NCBI RefSeq assembly: GCF_006345805.1
Contig: NC_043016.1
Coordinates: 30,938,001-31,002,000 of the forward strand
Origin: Octopus sinensis
Lineage: Eukaryota
Reading direction: 5' to 3'
Length of the DNA stretch: 64,000 nucleotides
The notes under the pieces are model-generated. The model did not search any database and was not told the origin of the DNA. It was given only the letters and a program-made list of their open reading frames with translations. The position numbers were made by a program, and so were the translations under genes. Numbering within the stretch: position 1 is the first letter of the stretch; each line of letters begins with the position of its first letter. Positions 1-11,949 of the stretch are shown piece after piece.

Positions 1-210
1 ATCGGTCTAGTAACATCATTCTTTTGCAGATAAAGATTTTGAAGAATTTCAACATATTGCCTAGACCACTGGTCTCAATTGGGGTTGATATGACCCTTGG
101 GGGCAAGGAGAGATGGGGCAGTGGTCCACATAAGATTTTGTTATTAAAATTTGTCTGCAATAAATTAGTTATATTTCTTCGATACACAAAATATTTTATC
201 AATTTTCTTA

Positions 211-276
211 GCCTCAGGCCTTGTCAGTGGATTTGGTAGATGGAAACTGAAAGAAGCCCATCGTATATAGGTATAT

Positions 277-311
<35 letters not shown>

Positions 312-880
312 CGAAATCGGAATTGAAATTGAACCAATCCTATGACTGGCACCCGGCAGATGCCAGGACCCCTGGACTGGAGATACGTAAAAAGCACTAT
401 CCGAATCGTGGCCGATGCCAGCGCCGCCTCGACTGGCTCCAGTGCAGGTGGCAAGTAAAAAGCACCCACTACACTCACTGAGTGGTTGGCGTTAGGAAGG
501 GCATCCAGCTGTAGAAACATTGCCAGATAAGACCGGAGCCTGGTGCAGTCTTCTGGCTTCCCAGATCCCTGGTCGAACCATCCAACCCATGCTAGCATGG
601 AGAACGGACGTTAAACGATGATGATGATGATGATGATATATATATATATATAAATATATATAAATATATGTATGTAGGTGTCTGTATTTGTCACCCCATT
701 ATCACTTGATAACTGGTGTTGGTGTGTTTACATCTCCATAACTTAGCAGTCCAGAATAAGTGACCGATAAAATAAATACTAGGCTTACAAAGAATAAGTC
801 CTGAGGTCAATTTGTTCAATTAAAGGTGGTGCTCCAGCACAGCCAGTCAAATGACTGAAACAAATAAAAGAATAAAAGAA
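211..880 (+). mobile_element. SINE family A (tRNA head, CCTTGGGCAAGT core, internal TA/CA microsatellite), split by an RTE 3' UTR
   Basis: ggatttggtagatggaaactgaaagaagccc and ggtggtgctccagcac..gtcaaatgactgaaacaa blocks shared with many copies. Confidence 0.85.
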
Positions 881-1617
881 AAGTTCCTGATAGTATTTAA
901 CTATAAAAATTTAATATGATTTTTTGAATATTGAATGGCTTTGAGGAACCATTCAAGTTAGACACCAAAGTGGTCCATAGGTAAAAATGATTGGAAAAAA
1001 AATACTGAGCTTGACTGTGACACCTTAAACTATAAGCATATAATTATTAGGTCTTAGTAGTACCATCCAGTCACAGGTCATAAATTGATCTAGAGATAAA
1101 TATGTGGTCTATTCAAAATACACTTTAGAATATAGTTAGAGATAATGAGAGACATTAATTAATCAGCGGAGTAAAAGACCAATTTGATAAGAATAATTAT
1201 AGCATTATCAACAATGTAATAATAATCACAACCTGATTATAATTATAATAATAATCCTTTCTGCTATAGGCACAAGGTTTAAAACTTGTGGAGGTGTATA
1301 CTCGATTATATTGACTCAAGTACTTAATTGATACTAATTTTATTAAACTGAAAAGATGAAAGGCAAAACTGAACTCGGAACATAAAGCCAGATGAAAATA
1401 CTGCTAAGCTTTTTTGCAATCATTCATGATTACTTTGCCAATAGCAAGGTTGTCCTTGTTTCCTTAAAAATTTTTCCAACATCTCTTCTGCTTGACAAGT
1501 AGCATCTCATGTTGAAGCAAGTGATCGTGCACTTTTGCAGCAAAGATGCCTGTCAGTAAATTTTGTTCGCAGCTGTTCAGGATCAAGCACTAAACACAAA
1601 CTTGATAAGAAATATGC

Positions 1618-1783
1618 ATAGGCACACATGTGTGGCTGTGTGGTAAGAAGCTTGCTTCCCAACCCCATGGTTCTGGGTTCAGTCCCACTGCATAGCGCCT
1701 TGGCCAAGTGCCTTCTACTATAATCTTGGGCTGACCAAAGCCTTGTGAATGGATTTGGTAGAAGAAAACTGAAAGAAGCTTCT

Positions 1784-1835
<52 letters not shown>

Positions 1836-1960
1836 TATATATATTACTCTTTACTCTCTTTTACTCTTTTACTTATTTCAGTCATTTGACTGTGGCCATG
1901 CTGGAGCACCACTTTTAGTTGAGCAACTTATTCTTTGTAAGCCCAAAAGAGACCGATAGA
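1618..1960. mobile_element. SINE family A: plus-strand 5' half (1618-1790) and minus-strand 3' piece (1850-1960)
   Basis: Family A blocks. Confidence 0.8.
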
Positions 1961-2653
1961 ATAAGTACTTTGCTGCTAAGCATTTTACCTGGCATGCCAA
2001 TGATTCTGCCAGCATGCCATGTAATTTCACTACAAAACTTATTGAACATTTAATTTTTTTAAGCAAACTTTATCAATATGAAAATTTCTCCTGTACATCC
2101 TCTTTCAATTAAAACTTTTATCTTGTTTTGCATTTACCATTGGAAAATCAAAAGATTTGTTGAAACCAGCAAGTAACCTTAATAAATTTTTTTAAATTAA
2201 AAACTACAATTTGTTATAAGAACCCGATGCATTTTCAATCACCCAACCAAGTCTATATATTATTTAAAAATACAAGAATTCTATGTAAACTACTTCAAGT
2301 TCCATGAATGGAAAGTACTATATTCAGATGCATTTATATAAGATATACCATATACAACCTGGCAATTATTCAGACTCATATAACATGGCTACTCTGTGAG
2401 AAAATACAAGGAAAAAAAGTGAAAAGATTTTCCATGATAAAGGAGAAAAATTCCATTCTTGGAAGTTAAGTTATGTCCCTTTAAAATGTAAAGGTTGGGT
2501 GTGCCAGAAAAAGTCCTATTAGTGGTTGGTGTGTCTCTTTTTGATGTCCTTTTTGCAGTCTGATATATTCTTTTCATTCAATCCCATATTTGGTGAAACA
2601 GAAGTAACCATGCATATATAATGTTTTATCTTGGCAATAAGTATCATCTAGAG

Positions 2654-2904
2654 CAGTGTTTTTCAACCTTTATTACCTATAGGCCCTCTTGATTCCTATT
2701 TTATTCTAATAAACCTTCCTAGCCATCTGATATTTAAAAAATCATATTATATTTTTATAATTAAATATTGTTAGGAATTGTATACAAAAAATTGTTAAAA
2801 TATTTTGTGTATTATAGAAATATACTGAATTTATTGGAGATGAATTTTAATAAAACCTTATGTAGACGCCCAAGGGTGATATGGACCTCAGTTGAAAACC
2901 AATG
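2654..2904. mobile_element. hAT-type MITE
   Basis: TIRs cagtgtttttcaac and gttgaaaaccaatg, flanked by an 8-bp TSD with one mismatch (atctagag / atccagag). Confidence 0.7.
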
Positions 2905-3564
2905 ATCCAGAGAATGTCAAAATCTATAACTATCATGGTTGGTTGAATGGGAGAAGGGCTAATGCATGTTTAATTGTGATGGGCAGTGTACTACTATCCT
3001 TCAGCTTTCTGATATGACCTACAATCTCTGTGGTTGATGCATCTCTTTTTGAAGTCACTTTCACACAGTCCAATACATTTTGTTTCTTTCAATTCCCATA
3101 TATCTGGTGGTATGGACATGACCTTGGTTTTGAAGAAAACTGAGCCAACCTTGCATGCCTGATCTAGAATCTGGATTGATGTAGTTACGGTCTGAATGGA
3201 AATTTTGGTTAGAATACATGAAATAATGCTTTTCATATAAGGGCTCCTTCAGGAAACCTAATTGCTGTCACCTCTACCAAATCTTATTTCCATGCAAATG
3301 ATACCACTCTTCATTCCTACTTAACCTTCTGCTCTGCATTATCCTCATGTAACCTATATATGTCACATCAAACTAGCATTGCTTCCGAACATATCACAGT
3401 CAAGTCTCTTTTATAATTGTTAAAACACAATTACAGCACATATCAAAGAAAGTAATCTTGTCTCACATGCAGTGTAGTCTTGAACAACATATAACTAAAA
3501 TTCTTTACATCACTACATGTGCTATGTACTACAATGATTGATTATCTTTCCTGATAATTATATA

Positions 3565-3608
<44 letters not shown>

Positions 3609-3650
3609 TATATATCATAAATTCAAAACTTGCAGAAAGATTTGTCAGTG

Positions 3651-3722
3651 GGCAGTTTAGCTTAATGGTAGAGCACTTGACCGGTAATCAGAGAAGTGTG
3701 AATTCGAGTCTCATGACTGGCC
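3651..3722 (+). pseudogene. tRNA-Thr(GGT)-like cloverleaf, probably a pseudogene or repeat-borne copy
   Basis: 72 nt with canonical arm lengths: acceptor GGCAGTT/GACTGGC, D arm GCTT-AATGGTA-GAGC, anticodon loop CCGGTAA, T loop TTCGAGT. Defects are a G2:G71 mismatch, C at position 33, A at position 53 and a C27:A43 mismatch. Confidence 0.75.
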
Positions 3723-4159
3723 GCTGACAAATTTTTCTGCAATGCAAGGATTATCTATCCTATACATACTGTCCAGCATTATTCTGTATGCATGTATGTA
3801 TGTATGTATATATATATATATATATATAAACACACACTCCACCTTTGCACTACAACTACCACCCTCAGAAATATTGTCACTTCTCTCTATCTCTTCTGCT
3901 AATACTACAAACAACTTCTAATCCTCAGAGTAGCTAGTTACATACCACCTCCACCTAAATTTACTGCAAACGTCCGTTATTCATCATGACCCCTTGTCTT
4001 TTTAGCTTTATCACTCATGCTACAAAGTTCTCAGTTTCATCCTTCTGTGCAGCACTTTGAGTAAAGTATCTTTTACCAAAGCTTTGAGTTGACTACTGCT
4101 TAAAAGTCTGTGAGTGAAATTTTGTGTACAAAAACTGTGTAGAAGTCTTATTTCTTTAT

Positions 4160-4370
4160 TGCCCACAAGGGGCTAAATATAGAGGGGACAAACAAAGGGA
4201 TTAAGTCGATTACATCGACCCCAGTGCGTAATTGGTACTTATTTAATCACCCCGAAAAGATGAAAGGCAAAGTCAACCTCGGCGGAATTTGAACTCACAA
4301 CGTAGCAGCAGACGAAATACTGCCAAGCATTTCGCCCTGTGCGCTAACGTTTCTGCCAGCTCGCCGCCTA
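4160..4370 (-). mobile_element. SINE family B (tRNA head plus gaggtcgactttgcctttcatcc...gataaa...agtaccag central domain); other copies at about 1255-1440, 18410-18600, 18620-18825, 27585-27790 and 61300-61520 (minus) and 35150-35315 (plus)
   Basis: Shared gatgaaaggcaaagtc..c.tcgg.ggaatttgaactcagaac block. The central domain resembles Meta-type SINE cores (from memory). Confidence 0.85.
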
Positions 4371-4719
4371 TGTAGAAGTCTGTCACAGTAACTGTTCTTG
4401 TTTATTCATGACCAGCTTAATCCTACTTAATTAACACAACCATCTGTCCCTTGTGTGTCCTTAGAATATTCCACTGTGTTCATCATAAATAATATAACTT
4501 GGAAGGTAAGAAACATTGACAGGTTTAAAGCTCGTATTCATACCATGTTACTATGTCATTACCTGATCAGCTAGTCACTGATATATTATAGACTGCATCA
4601 ACAAACAGTACATACTGAGTCAGATAGATCTTTATCATATGGAGAGCATGGCCAAGTGAATGCAAATAATACAATGCAACAAGCAGCTTAACAGAAAGTG
4701 AATGGTTTGATAGCTTTTA

Positions 4720-5010
4720 AACTGAGAGGGCGGAGGAGTGGAAGAGAGAGGAGGGGTGAGGAGTAGAGGGGAGAGAGGTGAAGGAGAGAGAGGTGGAGAG
4801 AAAGGAGTGAAATAGAGAGAGAGGTTGGAAGAGATGGGTGGGAGAGAAGTAGGGAGAGGTGAATGGGAGAGAGGGGTGGGAGAGAGATGTGAGGGAGAAA
4901 AAGTGGGGGTGGGGAGAGTCTGGAAAAGAGAGGTGGGGAAAGAAAGGTGGGGTAGAGAGAGTCAGAGGGGAGAGTGGGTGAGAGAGGGGGGTGGAGAGAG
5001 AGAGAGAGAA
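4720..5010 (+). repeat. Purine-rich (GA/GGA) low-complexity tract
   Basis: About 290 nt of mostly G and A on the plus strand. Confidence 0.85.
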
Positions 5011-5306
5011 ATTAGTTTGAAACCATTTGAAACAAAAACTCTGATTCAAATTTCTTGAACAGATGACAAGCTCAACAATGTAAGGAAATGAAAAAAAAAG
5101 AAGAAGTCTCTAAAATGACTAAGAGTATGCAATTCAGAAAGTTGTTGTAGGTGCACAAATAATTATCCAGTGAGTGAAAGTCATTTAAGGAGCTATGAAA
5201 AGAGCCTTGACATATTTCCTTAATAACCAAAATAGAAATATCAGACTGCATATCTTTAAATGGACAAGTTGGTGTCAATAACATGTTTAATTGCTTTGAT
5301 CATGTC

Positions 5307-5343
<37 letters not shown>

Positions 5344-5989
5344 AGTCATCATCGTCATCAACATTTAACGTCCGTTTCCCATGCTGGCATGGGTTGGATG
5401 GCTTGAGAGTAAATGCCAAGGCCAGGAGCCACACCAGGTTCCTATGGTCTGTTTTGGCTTGCTTTCTACAGCTCGATGCCCTTCCTAATGCCAACCACTT
5501 TAAAATGTGTACTGGGTGCTTTTTACTTGGCACCTTCACCAATGCTCTTTATGTGGCACCAGAGCTTTTTACATGGCATCAGCACCCACACCAATGCTTT
5601 TTTACATGACACCTTGGTTTTAGAATCTCAATTCTGTTGTGGTAGGCAAGTCTTCTTTAGCACAGTAATGGACTACATATCTTGGACCTCGGTCATTTCC
5701 TTTATAAGGCTCAGCATTTTGAGAAAAAAAAGGTCTACTACCATAAATATATATAATGCATAACATTGGAAAGGACTCAGTCAGTTTACTAATTTGTAAA
5801 GCAAAGAGAAGAGTAGCAGAGACTCTGTTGTAGTAAGTGACATGTGGAACATGTCACCATCCATTCACACTCTGACCATATCTTTCAGACATGCAACAAT
5901 GCATTTGTGTCTGTTTATTATTTGTCAGCCAATCCTGGATACAATGAGTCTTGAACCCAATAAATGTCATGATCATCATCTTTATACAT

Positions 5990-6050
5990 GGACAAAGTAA
6001 AGGTACATGGCTTAGCGGTTACCACTAAGCCATGTACCTTTACTTTGTCC
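5990..6050. repeat. Perfect 26-bp hairpin at a SINE 5' end
   Basis: ggacaaagtaaaggtacatggcttag - cggttacca - ctaagccatgtacctttactttgtcc. Confidence 0.95.
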
Positions 6051-6621
6051 ACATATTCAGCACACAATCATAAAGTTGTGAGTTCAATTTCCATTGATGC
6101 ATTTTGTCCCTGAGCAAGACAATTTCTTTCACATTGCTCCAGTCCACTCACCTGGCGTAATTGATTGTGCCTGTAATTCAAAGGGCTAGCCTTGTAACAC
6201 TCATCATCATCATTGTTCGACCGTGGTCAAGACAATGGAATTTACCATGCTACGCCAGACTTCACGGTCCATCATGGCATTACGGAGGTCCTGTTGCTGG
6301 ATGCCTGTATGTGTCATGCTGAATCTCTCTCAGAACTATGTTAAGGGTATGTGTTTCTGTGGAGTGTTCAGCCACTTGCACATTAATTTCACAAGCAAGC
6401 TATTTTGTTGATTGGATCAACTGGAACACTCATTGTCATCACTGTTGGAGTGCCAGCAGATGGACAAACCATAAAAGTGACATTGATCTAATCTAATAAT
6501 AAAACTGAAGTTCTAATAAAATGTTAACCAAATTAGTCTTTAAGTAATAGAAAAAGTGAAGACTTTTGAATAATAGTTTCACAGTTCATGGCCTACAATC
6601 ATTCTCAAAATAATGTTTTAA

Positions 6622-6826
6622 CCCTTTAGCATTTAAACCAGCCATACCTGGCCAATATATACAAAACTGACTAGATCCAGCCCCTCATACCAACCTTCCA
6701 ATGTCATTCTAAAAAGAAACAATCACATCATTGTAATCTTGAAGCTACGAGATAATGCATGATTAAATCAAAATGATGTGAATAAATAAGCATTACATTT
6801 GACAGAATAATCTGAATACTAAAGTG
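6622..6826. mobile_element. piggyBac-type MITE
   Basis: TTAA|CCCTTTAG at the left end and CTAAAGTG|TTAT at the right end. Confidence 0.5.
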
Positions 6827-6861
6827 TTATGCATACAGACACACACATATACATGCATATA

Positions 6862-6893
<32 letters not shown>

Positions 6894-6908
6894 CATGTAC
6901 CTATATAT

Positions 6909-6942
<34 letters not shown>

Positions 6943-6966
6943 AATATATATAATATTATATATAAA

Positions 6967-7028
<62 letters not shown>

Positions 7029-7096
7029 TTTCCATTTAATCAGCCAATCCAGCACATATATTCAAAACAACAGAATTAATACAAGATTCTACTTAC

Positions 7097-7224
7097 TGCC
7101 TGGCCATTTTCTCATCTTTCTTAAGTAAGACAAAAACTGTCTGTGGAGGTAATGTTTTAAAATAGGAACTATCTACAAGTGTACCATCTTCTTCCAGAAC
7201 CACGCTGACTTCATCAGCGTTCAT
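7097..7224 (-). CDS. DFFB: DFFB/CAD-like gene, second coding exon (C-terminal half of CIDE-N domain); apparent +1 frameshift near its 3' end
   Basis: Pyrimidine tract and TTTTAG acceptor, then MNADEVSVVLEEDGTLVDSSYFKTLPPQTVFVLLKKDEK(MAR), then a GTAAGT donor at 7096-7091. The EDGT and YF..LP motifs are diagnostic of CIDE-N. Residue spacing matches the human DFFB segment LPERGSRLCLYEDGTELTEDYFPSVPDNAELVLLTLGQAWQG without gaps. Confidence 0.88.
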
Positions 7225-7669
7225 CTAAAATACCGTTTTAAGAAAGAAAGAAAGAAAGAAACACTGTCATCAATTATTCACTTACATGATTTGCATTTTA
7301 AAGGTATTCAAGTTTTGAGAGACAGTTTTATCAAGGTAATGAACATTATTTGTAAAGTTAAAGCACCAGATACTTCGTCTTAGCTATTCAAAAGACTTTC
7401 ATAATACTCTTATCACAATTATATACACTATAAGCATTTGCATGCACAAATGTATTTTTTGGTATTTCTACTCAAATACAGAACTTAGAAAATTTCCAAC
7501 AGGATGTCAAGAGTAAATAAATAACAACAATTAAACATTTTCTCACATACATACACATTGTACATGAAATAAAAAAAATTATTCACATTCATGTTTACTG
7601 AATTATATTGAGTGCTCTATTGTATTAAAGTATTAATACTATTAAATATTTATATATTTAATACGAGCC

Positions 7670-7712
<43 letters not shown>

Positions 7713-8324
7713 ATATATATATATACACAAAGTGAGATAGGGGTTAAAAATATATGTAATACGTATAAGTATAAATATATAATTAATTTCCTAATATTAA
7801 TAATAATATATTATTAAAAATATATATATATATATATATACATATACATTATATATACAAATTTGCTATTTTTTTAATATTGATTTTATTTATTATATGT
7901 AATATATAATCTAAGTATGATTATATCAACAATTTCTTAACTATTATTTCTATAGGTCATACTATCTAATTTGAATTATTAATTTATGCAATTAACATGT
8001 TAATCACCACATATATCACCAGAAATTCATCGCAGATTTCACACAACCACCATATGCACCACCAGTGATGGTACGTTTTCATGATTTGAGAAAATATTTT
8101 ATTCTGTATCTCTGACATGGCTTCAAGGATATTTAAATAAAATGAGGGGTGAATATTAAAGTTTAATTATGAAATATTGTTAAAATGCAAAGAAAATTAC
8201 ATTCTTTGTAATTAAACAGTATGCAGAGTGACCACACAAAATACATGGCATCACCAGTAAGTTCCAGTAACCAGCTGTGGCAGTTAATATGTTAATTTCA
8301 TGTGGGCACAGGTATAAATAAATA

Positions 8325-9861
8325 AATAAATAAACATAATAATATAGGTTTAAGTCTGAGAAAAATCATTACACACCATATAATTGTAAGAGAACCAAGC
8401 AATGTGGAATCAACCATACGAATCTAATTAATTTGAGGTGTATTTCTTAAACCTCTGACTGTTTGTTGGCTCCTTAAACATCCATATCTTCCTTCTACAA
8501 ACGATCTTAAGCTTTTTGGTCCATCTAGTTCTTATTTTGAAATCAGTAACATATATTAGGTGGTACATTCGTCTTTGTATCCTGTTTTCTGATGAGAATA
8601 TGCAATACATTACAATAACCTCCCAACTCTTCAGGCCAAACCATATGCAGGTCGGTAATTGATATGCACTCTGTTTAGCAAATCTAACAACATATGAACA
8701 TTCAAAGCAGAAATACAAAGAATTCAATTTGGCAGTTGGCAGGAGTACAATCAGCCAATCACACTTGTGGGTAATCATATTACGCTATCAGAGAAAGCTT
8801 GATGTCCAAGTTAGACAAATGGTGGGAGACAAAATATAGTACTTGGGCACAAGTATGACTGCATAGTGAAGAGGTTTTCTTCCCAAGCAAACCGATCCAA
8901 GTCTGATTCAATTATGCAGTGCTTTGGGCAAGTGTCCAGTGTCATGGCTCTGAGTTTGCCAGCAACATATGTCTACCAAACAGAACCATAATTGACATGT
9001 AAAAGGAAGATCACCATATTGAAGACCAGAGCAGAAATGTTAAAGACTAAAAACAAAGATAATGAAAAATATACATCCATTAGAACCTAGGACACAGAAC
9101 TTTCCAATGCTTTTAAATTTATATACCAGGAAAGCCTCATGTTTAACAATGGTAATTGTCCCATAGAACTAAAGAAACAAAACCAAAATACTGCAGCAAT
9201 ATAGAAACAAAATAAATGTCAGTCAAAAAATAACTAGTAACTGCACAAAATTCTAGTTTTGCAATATATACTCAAGCCATTCAACTTTTTTTTTTCTTTT
9301 GTTCTAATCAACTATATTTTGTCTCCCACCATTTGTCTAACTTGAAACTCAGAGTTTGGACATCAAGCTTTCTCTGAGAGCTTAATATGATTACCCACAA
9401 GTGTGATTGGCTGAGAGTACTCCTGCCAACTGCCAAATTGAATTCTTTGTATTTCTGCTTTGAATGTTCATATGTTGTTAGATTTACTAAACAGAGTGCA
9501 TATCAATTACCGACCTGCATATGGTTTGGCCTGAAGAGTTGGGAGGTTATTGTAATGTATTGCATAATCTTATAGATATTGCATATTCTCATCAGAAAAC
9601 AGGATACAAAAACGAATGTACCACCTAATATATATGTTACTGATTTCAAAATAAGAACTAGATGGACCAAAAAGCTCAAGATCGTTTGTAGAAGGAAGAT
9701 ACGGATGTTTAAGGAGCCAACAAACAGTCAGAGGTTTAAGAAATACACCTCAAATTAATTAGATTCGTATGGTTGATTCCACATTGCTTGGTTCTCTTAC
9801 AATTATATGGTGTGTAATGATTTTTCTCAGACTTAAACCTATATTATTATGTTTATTTATT
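8325..9861. repeat. Long inverted repeat (arms 8325-8840 and 9311-9861, 470-bp spacer)
   Basis: Arms are near-identical reverse complements; the same MITHKCDWL... ORF appears on both strands in the supplied track. Confidence 0.95.
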
Positions 9862-9879
9862 CATTCCTAATTTAGGTCT

Positions 9880-10700
9880 AATTTCTGAATTTTCCGAGTA
9901 TGTACAAGGGATTTTTGAAGGAAATCCAAAGTTATTTAGACAATTTGCTTCTCTAACTTGATAGTAATTTTGATTAATTCCAGTGTGGAGTTATTTCCTT
10001 ATTTATTCTACCATTGTTTTATAAATATTTATAATCCTATGTCTATTATTAGAATAATATTACCTAGATGTTTATTACACTTTTGCAAGTGTGGTCCACT
10101 GTCCTTGGGAATATATATAGATCTTTTCCATATAACTGGCCCTGGTTAAAGCAGCATTAAAATGTTCTGTATTCTAAGAAAAAAATCTTATTAGCAGAAA
10201 GCCTAGATATTCTAGATGAAACACTCCTAACTAATGGATTTAATTACAGTGCCAGGATGGTTGTAATTTTATCCATATAATGTAAACTTTCACTGAGTTT
10301 GTGATGTGCCTGATAAATTCCTATATCTAGGTCTAATATCATGTTCAGAAAACTAGCCTCTTTATAATCATATTTCAAAAAGTAGAAAAGCTTACATTTT
10401 TTAAGCAGTTTCTCAATCTTTTTTTCTATTGCTCTCTATTTTATCATTTATGTCCTTCTACCAGTTAATTATTTAAATGATATTAGACCAGAAACTGAAT
10501 CCATTTTTCCTTTTAAACATAGGAGTAAAGCAGTTGATAATTTTTTACTTATCCCTTCTACATCAGACTTTGGTGGGTGTATAAGCATTAATGTAGGATT
10601 AGCAACACAATTAGGTTTGTGATCTTTTAGATTTCTACAGGTTGTTTTTGGTGAAAAGGCTCCATGCAATCTTCCAGCTCAATTTTACTTAAAACATTTC
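9880..10700 (-). mobile_element. Penelope-like RT fragment
   Basis: LKDHKPNCVANPTLMLIHPPKSDVEGISK parallels the N-terminal RT motif of the 11.95-kb copy. Confidence 0.75.
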
Positions 10701-11074
10701 ATCCTTCCACATTGATGTGATTAAATTAAAATTTTGCTGTAGAAGCAGCTCTAGATTAAACTCTTTATTCATATTACATACTTAAGCTTTAAGTTAAAGT
10801 ATGTATATCATAGACAAGTCAGTTGTTGCAGTGTTCATCCAGAAAAAGATCCTTTTGTCAATGCACTGTCTTAAAAACATAATATACTTCAGACCCACCA
10901 GGGCTCTGACAAGGTAGATGTGCATCTGTCACACTTGTGATAGCTTCCAGAGTGATTTTGTTTTGCTTAACTCTAAAGAATATTGTGTTTTTAGCTTAAT
11001 GCATTAATAAAGTGATCTTTTCCCAAATAGACATTGCAGCTACTTGATTTACTACAATATACATACATACACAG

Positions 11075-11450
11075 GCATAGGAGTGGCTGTGTGGTAAGTA
11101 GCTCGCTTACCAGCCACATGGTTCCGGGTTCAATCCCACTGTGTGGCACCTTGGGCCGACCAAAGCCTTGTGAGTGGATTTGGTAGACGGAAACTGAAAG
11201 AAGCCCGTCGTATATATGTATATATATGTGTGTGTGTGTATGTTTGTGCGTCTGTGTTTGTCCCCCCAACATCGCTTGACAACCAATGCTAGAGTGTTTA
11301 CGTCCCTGTAACTTAGCAGATTGAGAAAAAAAAAAACCAATAGAATAAGTACTAGGCTTATAAAGAATAAGTCCTGGGGTCAATTTGCTTGACTAAAGGT
11401 GGTGCTCCAGCATGGCCACACTCAAATGACTGAAACAAGTAAAAGAGTAT
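11075..11450 (+). mobile_element. SINE family A, full length
   Basis: aggagtggctgtgtggtaag head through gactgaaacaagtaaaagag tail. Confidence 0.9.
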
Positions 11451-11454
11451 ATCT

Positions 11455-11935
11455 TTTAGCTTTTAATTGTTTCAGTCTGCAGCCAAACTGGGACACTGCC
11501 TTGAAGAATTTGAATTGAACAAATTGATTCCAGTACTTTATTTGTGTTTTCCTTTAACCTGGTACTTATTCTAACAGTCTCTTTTCCCAAACTGCAAACA
11601 CACACATACACACACACACACTCACACGTATAAACAACAAGCTTCTTTCATTATTTACATTTGACGGATATTTGTCCTCATCTTGTTTGTTGTTAACACG
11701 TTTTGGCTGATATACCCTCCAACCTTCATATATCCATCAAATGTAAATAATTCCTCTTCTCTAAAGTATAGAACTGAAGTTTCTTTCAGTTTCTATCTAC
11801 CAATTCCACTCAGAAGGTTTTTGGTAGCCTGAGGCTATAGTAGAAGACACTTGCCCAAGGTTCTATGCACTGGGAGTGAACCCAGAACCATGTGGTTGGG
11901 AAGCAAATTTCCTATCACACAACCAGCCCTACTCC
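11455..11935 (-). mobile_element. SINE family A, carrying the 11650-11780 insertion
   Basis: Family A blocks in reverse orientation. Confidence 0.8.
11650..11780 (-). mobile_element. Internally deleted copy of the tRNA-hammerhead element, inserted in a SINE
   Basis: Shares about 75 bp with 27868-27950 plus the outer tatagaact flank. It has a 22-bp IR (11650-11671 and 11730-11751) and is flanked by duplicated ttctttca (11643-11650 and 11781-11788). Confidence 0.7.
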
Positions 11936-11949
11936 TATAAAATATAAAC

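Noticed and set aside
1507-1836. ORFs rich in YI/IY, CV/HT or ER/SL repeats (here and at about 6.8, 14.2, 25.7, 31.0, 43.5, 46.1 and 55-56 kb)
   Set aside because: Translations of (TA)n, (CA)n and (GA)n microsatellites, which lack stops in some frames.
1-7096. DFFB exon 3
   Set aside because: No minus-strand segment resembling the ...DLL...WFEG region was found; it probably lies beyond the window start.
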